Shown piece by piece: positions 8,797 through 18,939 of a stretch of 64,000 nucleotides of DNA; position 1 is the first letter of the stretch, and each line of letters starts with the position of its first letter. Both the position numbers and the translations under genes were made by a program. The DNA comes from an uncultured delta proteobacterium (GTDB lineage: Bacteria; Desulfobacterota; Syntrophorhabdia; Syntrophorhabdales; WCHB1-27). The notes beneath the pieces were generated by a model. It saw only the letters and a program-made list of their open reading frames with translations, made no database searches and was not told the DNA's origin. The stretch is taken from the NCBI GenBank assembly GCA_963810935.1, contig CAWEPK010000007.1:32001-96000 (forward strand), read 5' to 3'.

Positions 8797-9415
8797 TGAT
8801 CCTCTCGCCGACTCCCCTCTCCGTATTGTCTGTCCGCTCCGAATACGCTATTACTTCGCTTTGCAGCTTATATGCCTCGTCAAGACGTTCGGCTTCTGTA
8901 GGATATAGGAGCGCTTTGTCGAGCCCGTGTAGACGAACAAGTCTCTTCTCTGTGTCCGCATGGTTCTCAATTAGTCCGTTATCCACAATGTGCTTGATGA
9001 CAACATTCTGAGACCGCAAATGTCTGCATATTAAAATTGCCCTATGACAGTTTATTGGATCGCGCTCAGCGCACATGATTGCTATGCGGTGCAATTGCAT
9101 GCCTTTTCGGAGACGCTCCAGACCAGTCTGGAATTCCTTGTTATGTTTGACGAGCTCGAAGCTGACCTTTCCGTTAACATAGCACTCCGGAGCTTGTATT
9201 CTCGCTCCGCACTGGTCTCCAAGGAAGACGTAGGCAATGCCATTTTGCTTCAATATATGTTTCACAGTTTCTCGGTTGAATTCCGGCCTATACCTGCTGT
9301 AAGGCTGCGAGCGGACGTCTGCAACGACATCAATTCGATAGCTCGCTATTGCCCGGATGAAATCAGCAACCGTGAAGGAAGAATAGCCTATTGAATAAAT
9401 TTCGTTGTCCACCAT
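8789..9415 (-). CDS. DUF488-family protein
   Basis: IYSIGYS, ADVRSQPYS and IMCAERDPINCHR. Confidence 0.85.
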   Translation of the reverse strand: MVDNEIYSIGYSSFTVADFIRAIASYRIDVVADVRSQPYSRYRPEFNRETVKHILKQNGIAYVFLGDQCGARIQAPECYVNGKVSFELVKHNKEFQTGLERLRKGMQLHRIAIMCAERDPINCHRAILICRHLRSQNVVIKHIVDNGLIENHADTEKRLVRLHGLDKALLYPTEAERLDEAYKLQSEVIAYSERTDNTERGVGERING

Positions 9416-9420
9416 TTGAG

Positions 9421-10128
9421 CTACCTCTGATGGCATCTAATACCTTCGAAATAATGAGGGAACGTATAAATACCGTTTACCTGCAACCAAAAACCCCTTC
9501 TGCCGTCCGGGGCCTCATACTCTCTGCTTAGCCCTAATCGAATGAATACCCTTTCCTGGGCTCGTATGAAGTCACTTAGATCGCCCACCCTGCCGGCGTC
9601 GGACTTTTTTAAAGCATAATTATAGAACCCCAAATCATTAATCGGCAGATACCGGAACGCTTTGCCCGCCCCGTCGGTGAAAATAGCCCTTATCCTGCCT
9701 TCATTATAATCATCGGCGACTATAGTTAAATTTGTGGGAGCAACTCGGAGCGTGATGATGGAAATCCCAGGGGCCTTCTCCTTTGGAATGTATTTCTGCT
9801 TATCATCAAAGACAGGGCCGAATCCTTCCTCCACGGAATCAGTCTGCGTTGCTTCAAGGATCTTCTCAAACACTTCCGAGCTGCAAGGCCCCACGAAAGT
9901 TAACGGCCCGGAATATATTCGATCTTCGGAATGAGGGTTCGCCGAGGGAATTGGCTTAAAAGTCCCTCTCATAATGGCGCCCGGAAGGATGTTTAATCTT
10001 TGGCATTCCTTGGTTGTGAGGTATGGCATCGGTCTGACGCATTCATTTGTCAGTGGGTTGATGCCGGCAATGCAGACTACGTCCGGCCTGTTGAATCGCG
10101 TGAGGTCGGTAATTACAATATCCATCAT
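9421..10128 (-). CDS. Hypothetical protein resembling the dual-OB-fold proteins found with DUF488 pairs
   Basis: VCIAGI...CVRP N-terminus, PHSED, LPINDL, RLGLSR; co-oriented with two DUF488 genes. Family call is from recall, not a search. Confidence 0.55.
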   Translation of the reverse strand: MMDIVITDLTRFNRPDVVCIAGINPLTNECVRPMPYLTTKECQRLNILPGAIMRGTFKPIPSANPHSEDRIYSGPLTFVGPCSSEVFEKILEATQTDSVEEGFGPVFDDKQKYIPKEKAPGISIITLRVAPTNLTIVADDYNEGRIRAIFTDGAGKAFRYLPINDLGFYNYALKKSDAGRVGDLSDFIRAQERVFIRLGLSREYEAPDGRRGFWLQVNGIYTFPHYFEGIRCHQR

Positions 10129-10364
10129 CCCTGAACCGGACCGGCTGATCCGTCGGTCCTTCCCTCTTCTCTAAGGACGGGCGGCCGACCGCGCCGCTTA
10201 GTGATATCTTATGTCAGATTATACATCATTTAAAAAGATGAGTGTACAGCTTTTGATGCGCCGGGGCATCAATAATTCACAGACGGTTAAGATGTCTCGG
10301 CAGTGCGAAACCGTGCTATCATACGTGTATGCCGGAAAGACAAGCCGCTGTTGAGGAGGGGAGC

Positions 10365-11015
10365 ATGAAGGGAGGGAGAGGCAAATCTAACGGAAGATGG
10401 ATCGATGTCTCGATGCCCGTGCGGACGGGGATGGTCATTTATCCGAGCGACTCGCCGGTCACGGTGGAGCGCACGTCGGACGTCGCCAAAGGGGACCGCG
10501 TGACTCTATCTCGCGTCTCTATGGGGGTGCACGCAGGCACGCACGTGGACGCCCCGCTCCATTTCCTGCAGGACGGCGTGTCCATCGACCGCGTTCCCCT
10601 GGAGCGGCTCGCAGGGACGGCAAGGGTCGTCCACGTGCGTGAAGGGCAATCGATCGGCCTTGACGCTGTGGAAGGCGCGGACATCCAGGCGGGCCAGATG
10701 GCCTTTTTCAAGACGCGCAACTCGGCGCTCCTGCGCCTCGACCGCTTCGCCGAGGATTACGTATACCTGTCGGCTGCGGCCGCCCGGCGGCTCGTGGAGA
10801 TAGGCGTAGCCGCGGTCGGCATAGATTATCTCTCAATAGACGGCTACAGGCACGGCACGGACGCGCACATGACGCTCCTTACGGCTTCCGTGCCGGTGAT
10901 AGAAGGGCTCGATCTTTCGGACGTAGGAGCAGGCCTATACGACTGCGTCTGCCTGCCGTTGCGACTGGAAGGCGCCGAGGCGGCGCCGGCAAGGGTAATC
11001 GTGCGGGCAAAATAG
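10365..11015 (+). CDS. Cyclase family / kynurenine formamidase (KynB)-like metal hydrolase
   Basis: HAGTHVDAPLHF, VGIDYLS, IEGLDL and LPLRLEGAEAAPAR. Confidence 0.9.
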   Translation: MKGGRGKSNGRWIDVSMPVRTGMVIYPSDSPVTVERTSDVAKGDRVTLSRVSMGVHAGTHVDAPLHFLQDGVSIDRVPLERLAGTARVVHVREGQSIGLDAVEGADIQAGQMAFFKTRNSALLRLDRFAEDYVYLSAAAARRLVEIGVAAVGIDYLSIDGYRHGTDAHMTLLTASVPVIEGLDLSDVGAGLYDCVCLPLRLEGAEAAPARVIVRAK

Positions 11016-11053
11016 CGGCCGGGACCTTTTCGCGGCCCCCGCCTGTCTGAAGC

Positions 11054-13111
11054 TCACCCCGCTTTCCTGATACTGCACAGCAGCCCCTTCCACTGGGGAT
11101 ACCCCATGATAGGCTCCCTGGCCTGGCAATCGGTCAGGAGGTTGCAGTTGGCATCTTTCGGCCAGCCGTGGGGGACGAGGACGACGCCTTCCATGATCCT
11201 CTCGTCAACGTGCGCCTTCATCTTTACCTGTCCCCGGTCGGTCTCGACTATGACGTCGTCGCCGTGGGTGATGCCGTACTTCGAGGCGGTATCCGGCCCT
11301 ATCTCCGCTTTGGGGAAGGGGGACCATTTCTGGAGGGACTTGATGTTGTGGAGCATCGTGCCGTTGAAGAAGAAGTCGCGCGTGCCCGTTGAAAGGACTA
11401 GGGGGTATTTCTCCCCAAGCTCGGCCCAGCGCACCCCTTGCGGGCTTTTGTCAGGCTCCCGGTAAGTGGGCATGGGGTCCCAGCCTGCCTGCTCGAATGC
11501 CTCGCTGTATATCTCTATCTTCCTGGTGGGCGTAGCGAAGGAGCGCGGGTCGAGTGCATAATCCTTCGGCTGGTAATGGATGCCTTCGGGTGCGTCGAGG
11601 AGGGTCTGGAAGTCTATGCCTGAAGATTCAAGCTCCAGGGCAACCACCTCTTCGTCCGATTTCCAGGGGAACTTGTCGCCGAAGCCGCAGCGGTTCGCAA
11701 GCTCGGTATATACCTCCCGGATCGACTTGCACTCGTGGTACTGCGGAAGGAGGGGTTTCCTGAGCATGAGGTACGGCAGGCAGTGGCAGACGTTGTAGTT
11801 GTAGGCAAGCCCCCAGAACTCGAACTGGTTCGACGCAGGCAGGACGTAGTTGGCGAACTCGGCCGTCTCCGTCATGAACTGCTCGTAGACGACAACGAGG
11901 TCGAGCTTACTGAACGCATCGCGGAGCGCATTCGAATCGGGCATCGTGACAAGGGGGTTGCCCCCGGCTACGATAAAGGCGCGTATCTTGTCGGGCACGC
12001 TCTCCGGCACCATGTTCATGACTGCATAAGGGCTCGTCCTTCCCCAGAGTGTATAGAAGAGGGGGTATTCGTCGGCTCCCAGCGGCTTGCCGGGGAAAGG
12101 CAGGCTTACGTCGGTAAGGCGCAATCTCGGGCTGATGACCCACCCGCCGGGCACGTTGATGTTGCCTGTGAGTACCTGGAGGATGGCCATCGCCCGGTCC
12201 GTCTGGCTCCCGTTTGCGCACTGGTCCTGCGTGCAGGTGCCGTGGAAGATGGATGCCCCTTTGGTGGTGGCGAAGCGGCGGGCAAGGATGCGGATGTCGG
12301 AGGCCTTCACGGAGGTGATCTTTTCCGCCCACTCCGGCGTGTACTGCTGCACGTGGGGGACCAGCTTATCGAAGCCGTAGGTCCATTTCTCGACGAACTC
12401 CTTGTCGTAGAGGTTCTCGTTTATCATGACGTTCATCAGGGCAAGGGCGAGCGCCCCGTCCGTCCCCGGCCTTATGGCGAGGTACATCTCCGCGCGGTCG
12501 GCTATGGCGAGCCTCCTCGGGTCGATGACGATCACCCTCGCCCCCTTCTTGATATTCTCTTCCATAGCCAGGGCAAGGGGGAAGTCGGACGCGGAGGGGT
12601 TATGGCCCCAGAGTAGATAGAGGTTGGAGTCCATCTCTTCGACCGGGTATTTCCCGAAGGTGATCTGACGCGCCCTGATGCGCATACGGTAGCAGATGCT
12701 CTCGACCGAGAAGAAGTTGGGCGACCCGAGGGCTGCCTTGAACCTGTGGGTGAGTGAGATCATCTCCAGGTTCTCAACGCCGATGGAGCCGCAGAAGAAC
12801 GCGACAACGGAGGGGCCGTACTTTTCTTTCAGCGCGTTCAGCTTTTCTGCGATCTCCGAGAACGCCTGCTCCCAGGAGATGCGTATCCAGTCGCTGCCCT
12901 CTTTCTTGAGCGGGTATTTGAGCCTGTCGGGGTGGTAGAGGTGCTCGATTGCGGCCTGTCCCTTCGCACAGAGCCTCCCCTTGTTGAGGGGGTGCGATTC
13001 CTGGCCGCGCACTGCTATGGCCTTCCCGTCCTTGACAGTGACTTCCATGCCGCAGCTATGGTAGCAGAGCGCGCATCCCGTGAAGCCCGTTATCGTGTCG
13101 CTATCGGTCAT
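11054..13111 (-). CDS. Cytoplasmic Mo/W-bis-PGD oxidoreductase (DMSO-reductase superfamily, acetylene-hydratase-like clade possible)
   Basis: CALCYHSC...LCAKG Fe-S motif, WGHNP, IDPR, RPGTDGALAL, C-terminal molybdopterin dinucleotide domain; no Tat signal. Confidence 0.88.
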   Translation of the reverse strand: MTDSDTITGFTGCALCYHSCGMEVTVKDGKAIAVRGQESHPLNKGRLCAKGQAAIEHLYHPDRLKYPLKKEGSDWIRISWEQAFSEIAEKLNALKEKYGPSVVAFFCGSIGVENLEMISLTHRFKAALGSPNFFSVESICYRMRIRARQITFGKYPVEEMDSNLYLLWGHNPSASDFPLALAMEENIKKGARVIVIDPRRLAIADRAEMYLAIRPGTDGALALALMNVMINENLYDKEFVEKWTYGFDKLVPHVQQYTPEWAEKITSVKASDIRILARRFATTKGASIFHGTCTQDQCANGSQTDRAMAILQVLTGNINVPGGWVISPRLRLTDVSLPFPGKPLGADEYPLFYTLWGRTSPYAVMNMVPESVPDKIRAFIVAGGNPLVTMPDSNALRDAFSKLDLVVVYEQFMTETAEFANYVLPASNQFEFWGLAYNYNVCHCLPYLMLRKPLLPQYHECKSIREVYTELANRCGFGDKFPWKSDEEVVALELESSGIDFQTLLDAPEGIHYQPKDYALDPRSFATPTRKIEIYSEAFEQAGWDPMPTYREPDKSPQGVRWAELGEKYPLVLSTGTRDFFFNGTMLHNIKSLQKWSPFPKAEIGPDTASKYGITHGDDVIVETDRGQVKMKAHVDERIMEGVVLVPHGWPKDANCNLLTDCQAREPIMGYPQWKGLLCSIRKAG

Positions 13112-13143
13112 GATGAAGCCTCCTGAACCGGGTTTGCGCGCTG

Positions 13144-13995
13144 CTACTTATAGTCGTAGAACCCTTTGCCGACCTTCCGCCCGAGCCAGCCGGCCGTCAC
13201 CATCTTTCTCAGGAGGACAGGCGGGGCGTACTTGGTCTCTTTCGTCTCCTCGAAGAGGCTTTCCGCTATGGAAAGCTCCGTGTCTAGGCCTATAAAATCT
13301 ATGACTTCGAGGGGCCCCATCGGATGGTTTACGGCAAGCTTCATCGATATGTCGATTTCGTCTCTTGTCGCGATGCCTGCCTCCAGCATCCTTATGGCGC
13401 CCAGCAGAAATGGCGTAAAGAGCCGGGTAACGATAAATCCGCCCACATCAGGGGCCACGACCATGGTCTTTCCTATGGTGGCCGCCCATTTCCGGACCGC
13501 TTCTATGGTCTCTTGGCCCGTCATGATCGTTTTCACTACTTCGAGAAGCTGCATGACGGGGGCGGGATTGTGGAAATGCATGCCGATTACCTTGTCCGCC
13601 CTTTTCGTTGCGACGGCCATGTCGGTTATGGAGAGGCCGGAGGTGTTGGAGCCGAATATCGTCTCCGGCTTGCAGACGGCGTCCAGCGCAACAAAGGTCT
13701 TCTTTTTCAGCTCCAGGTCTTCCGGAATCGCTTCCTCGATGAGGTCGCAGTCTTTCAGGTCCTCTATCCGGGTGCTCGTCCTGATCTTTGCCATCATCGC
13801 GTTTTTGTCCGCCTCGGACAGCTTGCCCTTCTCGACGCGTCCCATAAGACGCTTGTCGATGCCCTTCAGGCCTTTCGCGAGCATCGCCTCGCTGGAATCG
13901 ACGGCCACGACATCATAACCCGCCTGGGCAAAGACCTGGCCGATTCCCGCGCCCATCTGACCGAACCCGATGATCCCCAGCTTTTTGATGTCCAT
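13144..13995 (-). CDS. 3-hydroxyacyl-CoA (3-hydroxybutyryl-CoA) dehydrogenase
   Basis: GFGQMGAGI, EAIPE, SNTS, GMHFHNP, HPMGP and LGRKVGKGFY. Confidence 0.92.
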   Translation of the reverse strand: MDIKKLGIIGFGQMGAGIGQVFAQAGYDVVAVDSSEAMLAKGLKGIDKRLMGRVEKGKLSEADKNAMMAKIRTSTRIEDLKDCDLIEEAIPEDLELKKKTFVALDAVCKPETIFGSNTSGLSITDMAVATKRADKVIGMHFHNPAPVMQLLEVVKTIMTGQETIEAVRKWAATIGKTMVVAPDVGGFIVTRLFTPFLLGAIRMLEAGIATRDEIDISMKLAVNHPMGPLEVIDFIGLDTELSIAESLFEETKETKYAPPVLLRKMVTAGWLGRKVGKGFYDYK

Positions 13996-14064
13996 AAGTC
14001 CTCCTTGTGGTAAGGTCCGCGCAAGGAAAGCGGACCAGGGGCGTTTTCGCCCGCCCGTGCCTTA

Positions 14065-15705
14065 TTAAGAAAGTCCCAGTTTCTGCTTGATGTCTTTTCT
14101 CAAAGCTTTTTTATCGTGTTTCCCGGCTTCCGTCAAGGGCAGGCTGCCGACTACCTCGAACCTCTCCGGTACGAGCAGCTTCGATGCCCCGTGGGATTCC
14201 ATGTAAGCCTTTATAGCCTCGACGTCGAGGATAGCGCCGGGAGCGGGCCGCACGTAGGCACAAACTATTTCGCCGAGGTTCTTGTCCGGCATCCCGATCA
14301 CCGCTGCGTCCGCAATACCGGGGACGGCCAAAAGCATGTCCTCGACCTGTCCCGGCGAGATGTTCTCGCCGCCTCTGATGATTATGTCCTTGATCCTCCC
14401 GGTGATCGTCACGTAACCCTCGGCGCTTATCCGCGCCTGGTCGCCCGTCCTGAAAAAGCCGTCTTTCGTGAAGCTGCTTGCGGTCGCTTCCGGGTTCTTC
14501 AGGTAGCCGCCGAATATGCCGGGCCCCTTCGCCACCAGCTCTCCGTCCGTGCCGGGGGGCAGCCCCTCCCCGTTTTCGTTTACGACCTTGACCGTCTCGT
14601 AGGGGCAGCACGGCTTGCCGACGGTCGAGCAGATCGTATCGACGTCATCGGTGAGCCGCGAGCGGCAGAGCAGCCCTTCCGTCATACCGAACTCGTTCAC
14701 GTACGTGCACTTCAGCTTGCGGTAGACCTCCCGGATCAAATCCGGCGTGCTCGGCTCGCCCCCGCCAAGGATCTTCTTGAGCGAGCTTAAATCGTACTTA
14801 TCGAAATCGTCCATCTGCATGATCCTCCGCGTGAGGCTGGGGACCATCGGCACGTAGGTTACCTGTTCTTTCTGTATCGTGGCGCAGATATCCGCAGGCT
14901 TCGTCGAGTCGAGGAGGACCAGCTTGTACGCGTGGAACATCGCGCCCACTACATTGAGGAGCGCCAGATTGTGGCCGACGGGGACGACGACAAGGCCCGC
15001 GTCGCCGGGGCCGACCTCCCACCCCTTATGGTTATATTCGACATTGCAGATGTAATCGTTGTGCGTGCGGGGGATGCCCTTCGGCATGCCGGTGGTGCCG
15101 CCGGACGGTATCACGTGGGCAACGTCTTTCGGGTCGGGCCGGCAGGCCGCGAGTTTTTCGAGGTCGGCGGGAGTTACACTCCGCTGAAGCAGCGCCTCAA
15201 GGGTCGCGGTGAACGGGCTGCCTCCTGCACTCCTCACGGAGATCACGTGTTTCAGGCACGGGTTCTGCTTGAGCACGTCGCCGATGAAGCTCGTCGTGTA
15301 ATCGGTCTTACGGTAAGCGGCAGGCACGATCCACGCCTTTGCCTGCGTAAGGTTGCACATATGGCTCGTCTCTAGCAGGCCGAAACCCGAGATACAAAGG
15401 ACGGGGACGGCCCCGATTTTTTGCAGGCCGAAAAAGGCGTAAACGTATTCCGCCCAGTTCGGCAACTGGAGGAGCACGCAATCGCCCTTGCCGATGCCCA
15501 GGTCGAGAAAGCTCAAGGCGAGCCGGTTGGCCCCTTCCCTGATCTCCCCGTATGTGAGGCGCGACCTGTCATCGACAACGCCCTCCCTGCCGGGAAATAC
15601 GTCGGCCACGCGGTCGAGCACGTCCCCCAGGGTAAGCCCCATCCACCAGCGTAACTTTTCATATTTTGCTACGTCGTCCGCTTTCCAAACCGGTATGCTA
15701 TCCAC
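14065..15705 (-). CDS. AMP-forming aryl/acyl-CoA ligase (DhbE/EntE-like)
   Basis: SGGTTGMPKGIPRTHNDY, GHN, FGMTEGL, RTGD and RGGENI. Confidence 0.9.
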   Translation of the reverse strand: MDSIPVWKADDVAKYEKLRWWMGLTLGDVLDRVADVFPGREGVVDDRSRLTYGEIREGANRLALSFLDLGIGKGDCVLLQLPNWAEYVYAFFGLQKIGAVPVLCISGFGLLETSHMCNLTQAKAWIVPAAYRKTDYTTSFIGDVLKQNPCLKHVISVRSAGGSPFTATLEALLQRSVTPADLEKLAACRPDPKDVAHVIPSGGTTGMPKGIPRTHNDYICNVEYNHKGWEVGPGDAGLVVVPVGHNLALLNVVGAMFHAYKLVLLDSTKPADICATIQKEQVTYVPMVPSLTRRIMQMDDFDKYDLSSLKKILGGGEPSTPDLIREVYRKLKCTYVNEFGMTEGLLCRSRLTDDVDTICSTVGKPCCPYETVKVVNENGEGLPPGTDGELVAKGPGIFGGYLKNPEATASSFTKDGFFRTGDQARISAEGYVTITGRIKDIIIRGGENISPGQVEDMLLAVPGIADAAVIGMPDKNLGEIVCAYVRPAPGAILDVEAIKAYMESHGASKLLVPERFEVVGSLPLTEAGKHDKKALRKDIKQKLGLS

Positions 15706-15741
15706 TATGTACCCCTCCTTAGTAATAGGCGGCCTGTCTTC

Positions 15742-16926
15742 CTAGAGAAGCTCCTCGTTGAACTGGGCCGCCCGCGCCCCCTTAGGGAGGAAAGGTTCGG
15801 GCGCCGTGACGGTTCCTTCCGGCCATCTGGTGCAGTTCACTTTTTCATAGCGTGAGTCGGCTTCGAGGCACCAGTTGCACGCAGCGCACCTCACGATCTC
15901 GTTGTCTCTGCCTTCCTTCGCCTTCACGGGCCAGTCGGGGTCGCACAAAAGGGCGCGGCAGAGGCCGATGATGTCGGCCTGCCCTTTTTCGAGTATCTGC
16001 TCCGCATGGTCGGGGTTCCTGATCTTGCCGGCAGTAATGACGGGCGTGTTAAGCCCGGCGTCCTTTATAGCCTGCCTGATGCCGTCCGCGAGGAAGACGT
16101 GCGTTCCGTCGGGCCACCAGAACCACGGGCTCATGCGGTGGCCGCTGTAGCCGGACATCGGGTCGGGCGGGTTACCCTCGGCAGGCACGACGGCGTCCTC
16201 GAACCTGCTCCCTGCCGAGACGCTTATATAATCGGCCCCCAGCTCCGCAAATTTTCGCCCGATCCTCGCGCTCTGGGCGAGGGTATTCCCGGTCACGTGG
16301 TAGTCTTCGCCGTTTATCCTGACGCCGAGGGGGTAATTTTCCCCGACGACTGCACGGACTGCCTGAAATACCTCGATGGGCAGCTTCATGCGCTTATCAA
16401 GGCTTCCCCCGTAACCGTCGATCCTGTGGTTGACGCGGGAGAGGAAGGAAGAGAGCACGTAGGCATGGGCCATGTGCACCTCGATGAACTCGAACCCTGC
16501 GGCGAGCGCCCTTTTGGCAGCGGCGACGTGGTCTTCGACGATCTTCGACAGCTCCTCGGTCTTGAAGTCCTCGACCTTCTGCCTCCAGCCTGTCTTGGAG
16601 AGCTTCAGGTGCTGCATGATCTGGATGCCTATCTTCGTTTCCTTGTTCGCGTCGCGTATCGTCTTCACCACTTCCTTGAGGCCGGGAAGGTACTCGTCGC
16701 TGCTGATCCTCAGGTTGAACGGGCTTTTCGAGGGTATAATCACCGCCGCCTCGACGACGATCGAGCCTACGCCGCCCCTGGCTTCCCTGGCGTATCTAAG
16801 TTTCAGCTCTTCGGTGACAGCGCCGTCCTCCGTGGAAAGGCCGGAGACCATCGAGGTCCTATGCAGTCTGTTGGGAAAAACTACGCCGCGCACGGTTATT
16901 GGCTCGAACAGCTTGGGGAACTTCAT
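15742..16926 (-). CDS. Old yellow enzyme family NADH:flavin oxidoreductase with C-terminal Cys cluster
   Basis: EVHMAHAYVLSSFLS, YGGSL, RALLCDPDW and CAACNWC...C. Confidence 0.88.
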   Translation of the reverse strand: MKFPKLFEPITVRGVVFPNRLHRTSMVSGLSTEDGAVTEELKLRYAREARGGVGSIVVEAAVIIPSKSPFNLRISSDEYLPGLKEVVKTIRDANKETKIGIQIMQHLKLSKTGWRQKVEDFKTEELSKIVEDHVAAAKRALAAGFEFIEVHMAHAYVLSSFLSRVNHRIDGYGGSLDKRMKLPIEVFQAVRAVVGENYPLGVRINGEDYHVTGNTLAQSARIGRKFAELGADYISVSAGSRFEDAVVPAEGNPPDPMSGYSGHRMSPWFWWPDGTHVFLADGIRQAIKDAGLNTPVITAGKIRNPDHAEQILEKGQADIIGLCRALLCDPDWPVKAKEGRDNEIVRCAACNWCLEADSRYEKVNCTRWPEGTVTAPEPFLPKGARAAQFNEELL

Positions 16927-17007
16927 CTCCTCCTCCTTATTTTACCTGCAATCTCTTTTCCCGTTTGAATAACCAGGATCAGGAAAACCGGTGCGTGATA
17001 TATATAA

Positions 17008-17787
17008 TCATCTGCCTTTGAAGACAGGTTTCCGCTTCTCCAGGAAGGCCGAGAGGCCCTCCTCGGCATCCTCCGAGTTTGCGACCCGGTCGTATAGCTC
17101 CAGCTCGAATCTGAGGGCCTCTTCTACGGGAAGCTCGACCCCTCTATCGACGGCCGTCTTGCACGCCTTTATCGAGAGGGGCCCGCAGGACTCAATCTTC
17201 TTCGCCAGGCCCTCCACCTCGGCCGTGAGCGTATCGCCGCTGCATACCTTTTCGACGAGCCCGAACCGAAAGGCCTCCTCCGCGTTAAGGAGAACCCCGG
17301 AGAAGAGCATATACTTGGCCCGGCCGGGCCCGACGAGCCTGGGCAGTAACTGGGTGCCCCCGTAACCTGCCAGGACGCCGAGGGTCGCTTCCGGCAGACC
17401 GAACCGCGCGTTCTCCGACGCGATCCTCAGATCGCAGGCAAGGGCAAGCTCGCAGCCCCCGCCGAGGGCGTAGCCGTTGACGGCCGCGATAACGGGCTTG
17501 TCGCACGTCCTGATCTTAGACAAGACATGCTGCCCGGCGGTGATGAAGGCGGTCCTTCCCTTCCTCGCGTCTTTGATCTCCTTCACGTCTGCCCCGGCAA
17601 CGAAGGCCTTCCTCCCCGCCCCGGTGACAACGACCACGGAGACGCCGTCGTCCTTTCCGATGTCGGTGAAAATATCGTCGAGCCTTTTCATGATGCGGCC
17701 CGTCAGTGCGTTGAGCGCCTCCTGCCTGTCAATCGTCAGGTAGACTACCCCGCCTTCGCGTTTTACAATGACCTGTCCCTCGTCCAT
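17008..17787 (-). CDS. Enoyl-CoA hydratase (crotonase)
   Basis: AFVAGADV, NGYALGGGCELA, FGLPE and AFLEKRKP. Confidence 0.92.
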   Translation of the reverse strand: MDEGQVIVKREGGVVYLTIDRQEALNALTGRIMKRLDDIFTDIGKDDGVSVVVVTGAGRKAFVAGADVKEIKDARKGRTAFITAGQHVLSKIRTCDKPVIAAVNGYALGGGCELALACDLRIASENARFGLPEATLGVLAGYGGTQLLPRLVGPGRAKYMLFSGVLLNAEEAFRFGLVEKVCSGDTLTAEVEGLAKKIESCGPLSIKACKTAVDRGVELPVEEALRFELELYDRVANSEDAEEGLSAFLEKRKPVFKGR

Positions 17788-17881
17788 TCATCGCCTCCGC
17801 GGTTTTTTCTACGCTCGCTTATTATGCCGCACGATGAAGATCTTTTCCAGGAATGCGCGATGCCTCCCGTGACGCCCGTTA

Positions 17882-17902
17882 CCGGTTCTCCCTATGAACC
17901 GG
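17882..17902. promoter_or_regulatory. Candidate IclR operator in the divergent promoter region
   Basis: CCGGTTC-N7-GAACCGG dyad downstream of TTGACA-17-TAATAA on the minus strand. Confidence 0.55.
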
Positions 17903-18035
17903 CGATCCACTTCATGAACTGATTATTACAACGGCCGCCTCCACTTGTCAACAAAAAAGTAAACCGGCATGCCGGAACACATATATCCCTCTTTTCTTAT
18001 TGACAACCACACCCCGTTCGCACTATACCTCATGC

Positions 18036-18833
18036 ATGGCTGAAAAATTCATCAGGTCCGCCGAAAGAACCCTTCAGATATTGAGCGCTTTCGCTCCCGA
18101 CAGGTTACAGATGGGCCTCACCCAATTATCGGAAGTCCTCGGCCTGTCGAAGGCTACCGTCCTCAGGCTCGCCTCTACGCTGTGCAAGCACGGGTTCCTG
18201 AGCCAGGACCCCGTCACGAAGCATTACTGCCTGGGACTGAAGCTCTTTGAGCTGGGGGGCCTCGTCTATGCCTCCTTCTCATTGCGGACCACCGCTTCTT
18301 CGCACCTGCGCCGCCTCCAGGCGAGGGTCGATAAAACGACATTCCTCGGTATCATGGACGGCGACGATCTGCTTTACATTGACAAGAAAGAGAACCCGAT
18401 GAACGTTATCCGGTTCGCCTCGAACATAGGCTTCCGCCGGCCCCCGCACTTCGGCATGCTCGGCCAGGTGCTCATGGCGCACATATCCGAGGAGAGGGTC
18501 CAGGCGCTCCTGCAAAAGTCCCCGCTCACGGCTTTCACGAAGAAGTCGATCACGTCCGGCCAGGTCTTCAAGGAGACACTGAGGAAGGTAAAGAAACAGG
18601 GATACTCCGTTGATGAAGGGATCGCCATTGAGGGCATCGGCGGCGTTGGGGCGCCGCTGCGCGATTTTACGGGCGCCGTTGTCGCTGCCATCGGCGTAGG
18701 GTTCATGGTCTCTTCCGTCGACAGGAAAGAGTTGAAGCGGTTGATTAAGGAGGTCGTCGAGGCGGCTGCGTCGATCTCCCGGGAGCTGGGATACCCCGGC
18801 CACGGCAGCGGCGAGAGGGGCGCCACGAACTAA
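18036..18833 (+). CDS. IclR-family transcriptional regulator
   Basis: IRSAERTLQIL, LSKATVLRL HTH, YCLGLKLFELG and GVGAPLRD. Confidence 0.92.
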   Translation: MAEKFIRSAERTLQILSAFAPDRLQMGLTQLSEVLGLSKATVLRLASTLCKHGFLSQDPVTKHYCLGLKLFELGGLVYASFSLRTTASSHLRRLQARVDKTTFLGIMDGDDLLYIDKKENPMNVIRFASNIGFRRPPHFGMLGQVLMAHISEERVQALLQKSPLTAFTKKSITSGQVFKETLRKVKKQGYSVDEGIAIEGIGGVGAPLRDFTGAVVAAIGVGFMVSSVDRKELKRLIKEVVEAAASISRELGYPGHGSGERGATN

Positions 18834-18939
18834 AGGCACAGGGCGCAGCGAATGATTTCGTAAAAGACTGCAACGACATCCAACTGATCCAATCGCGGGA
18901 GGAGAAGATCGTCTAAAATTTATGTTGACAAGAATTCCG

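Noticed and set aside
14065..15705. Siderophore (EntE/DhbE) biosynthesis
   Set aside because: No isochorismate genes, carrier protein or NRPS; the neighbours are beta-oxidation-type enzymes.
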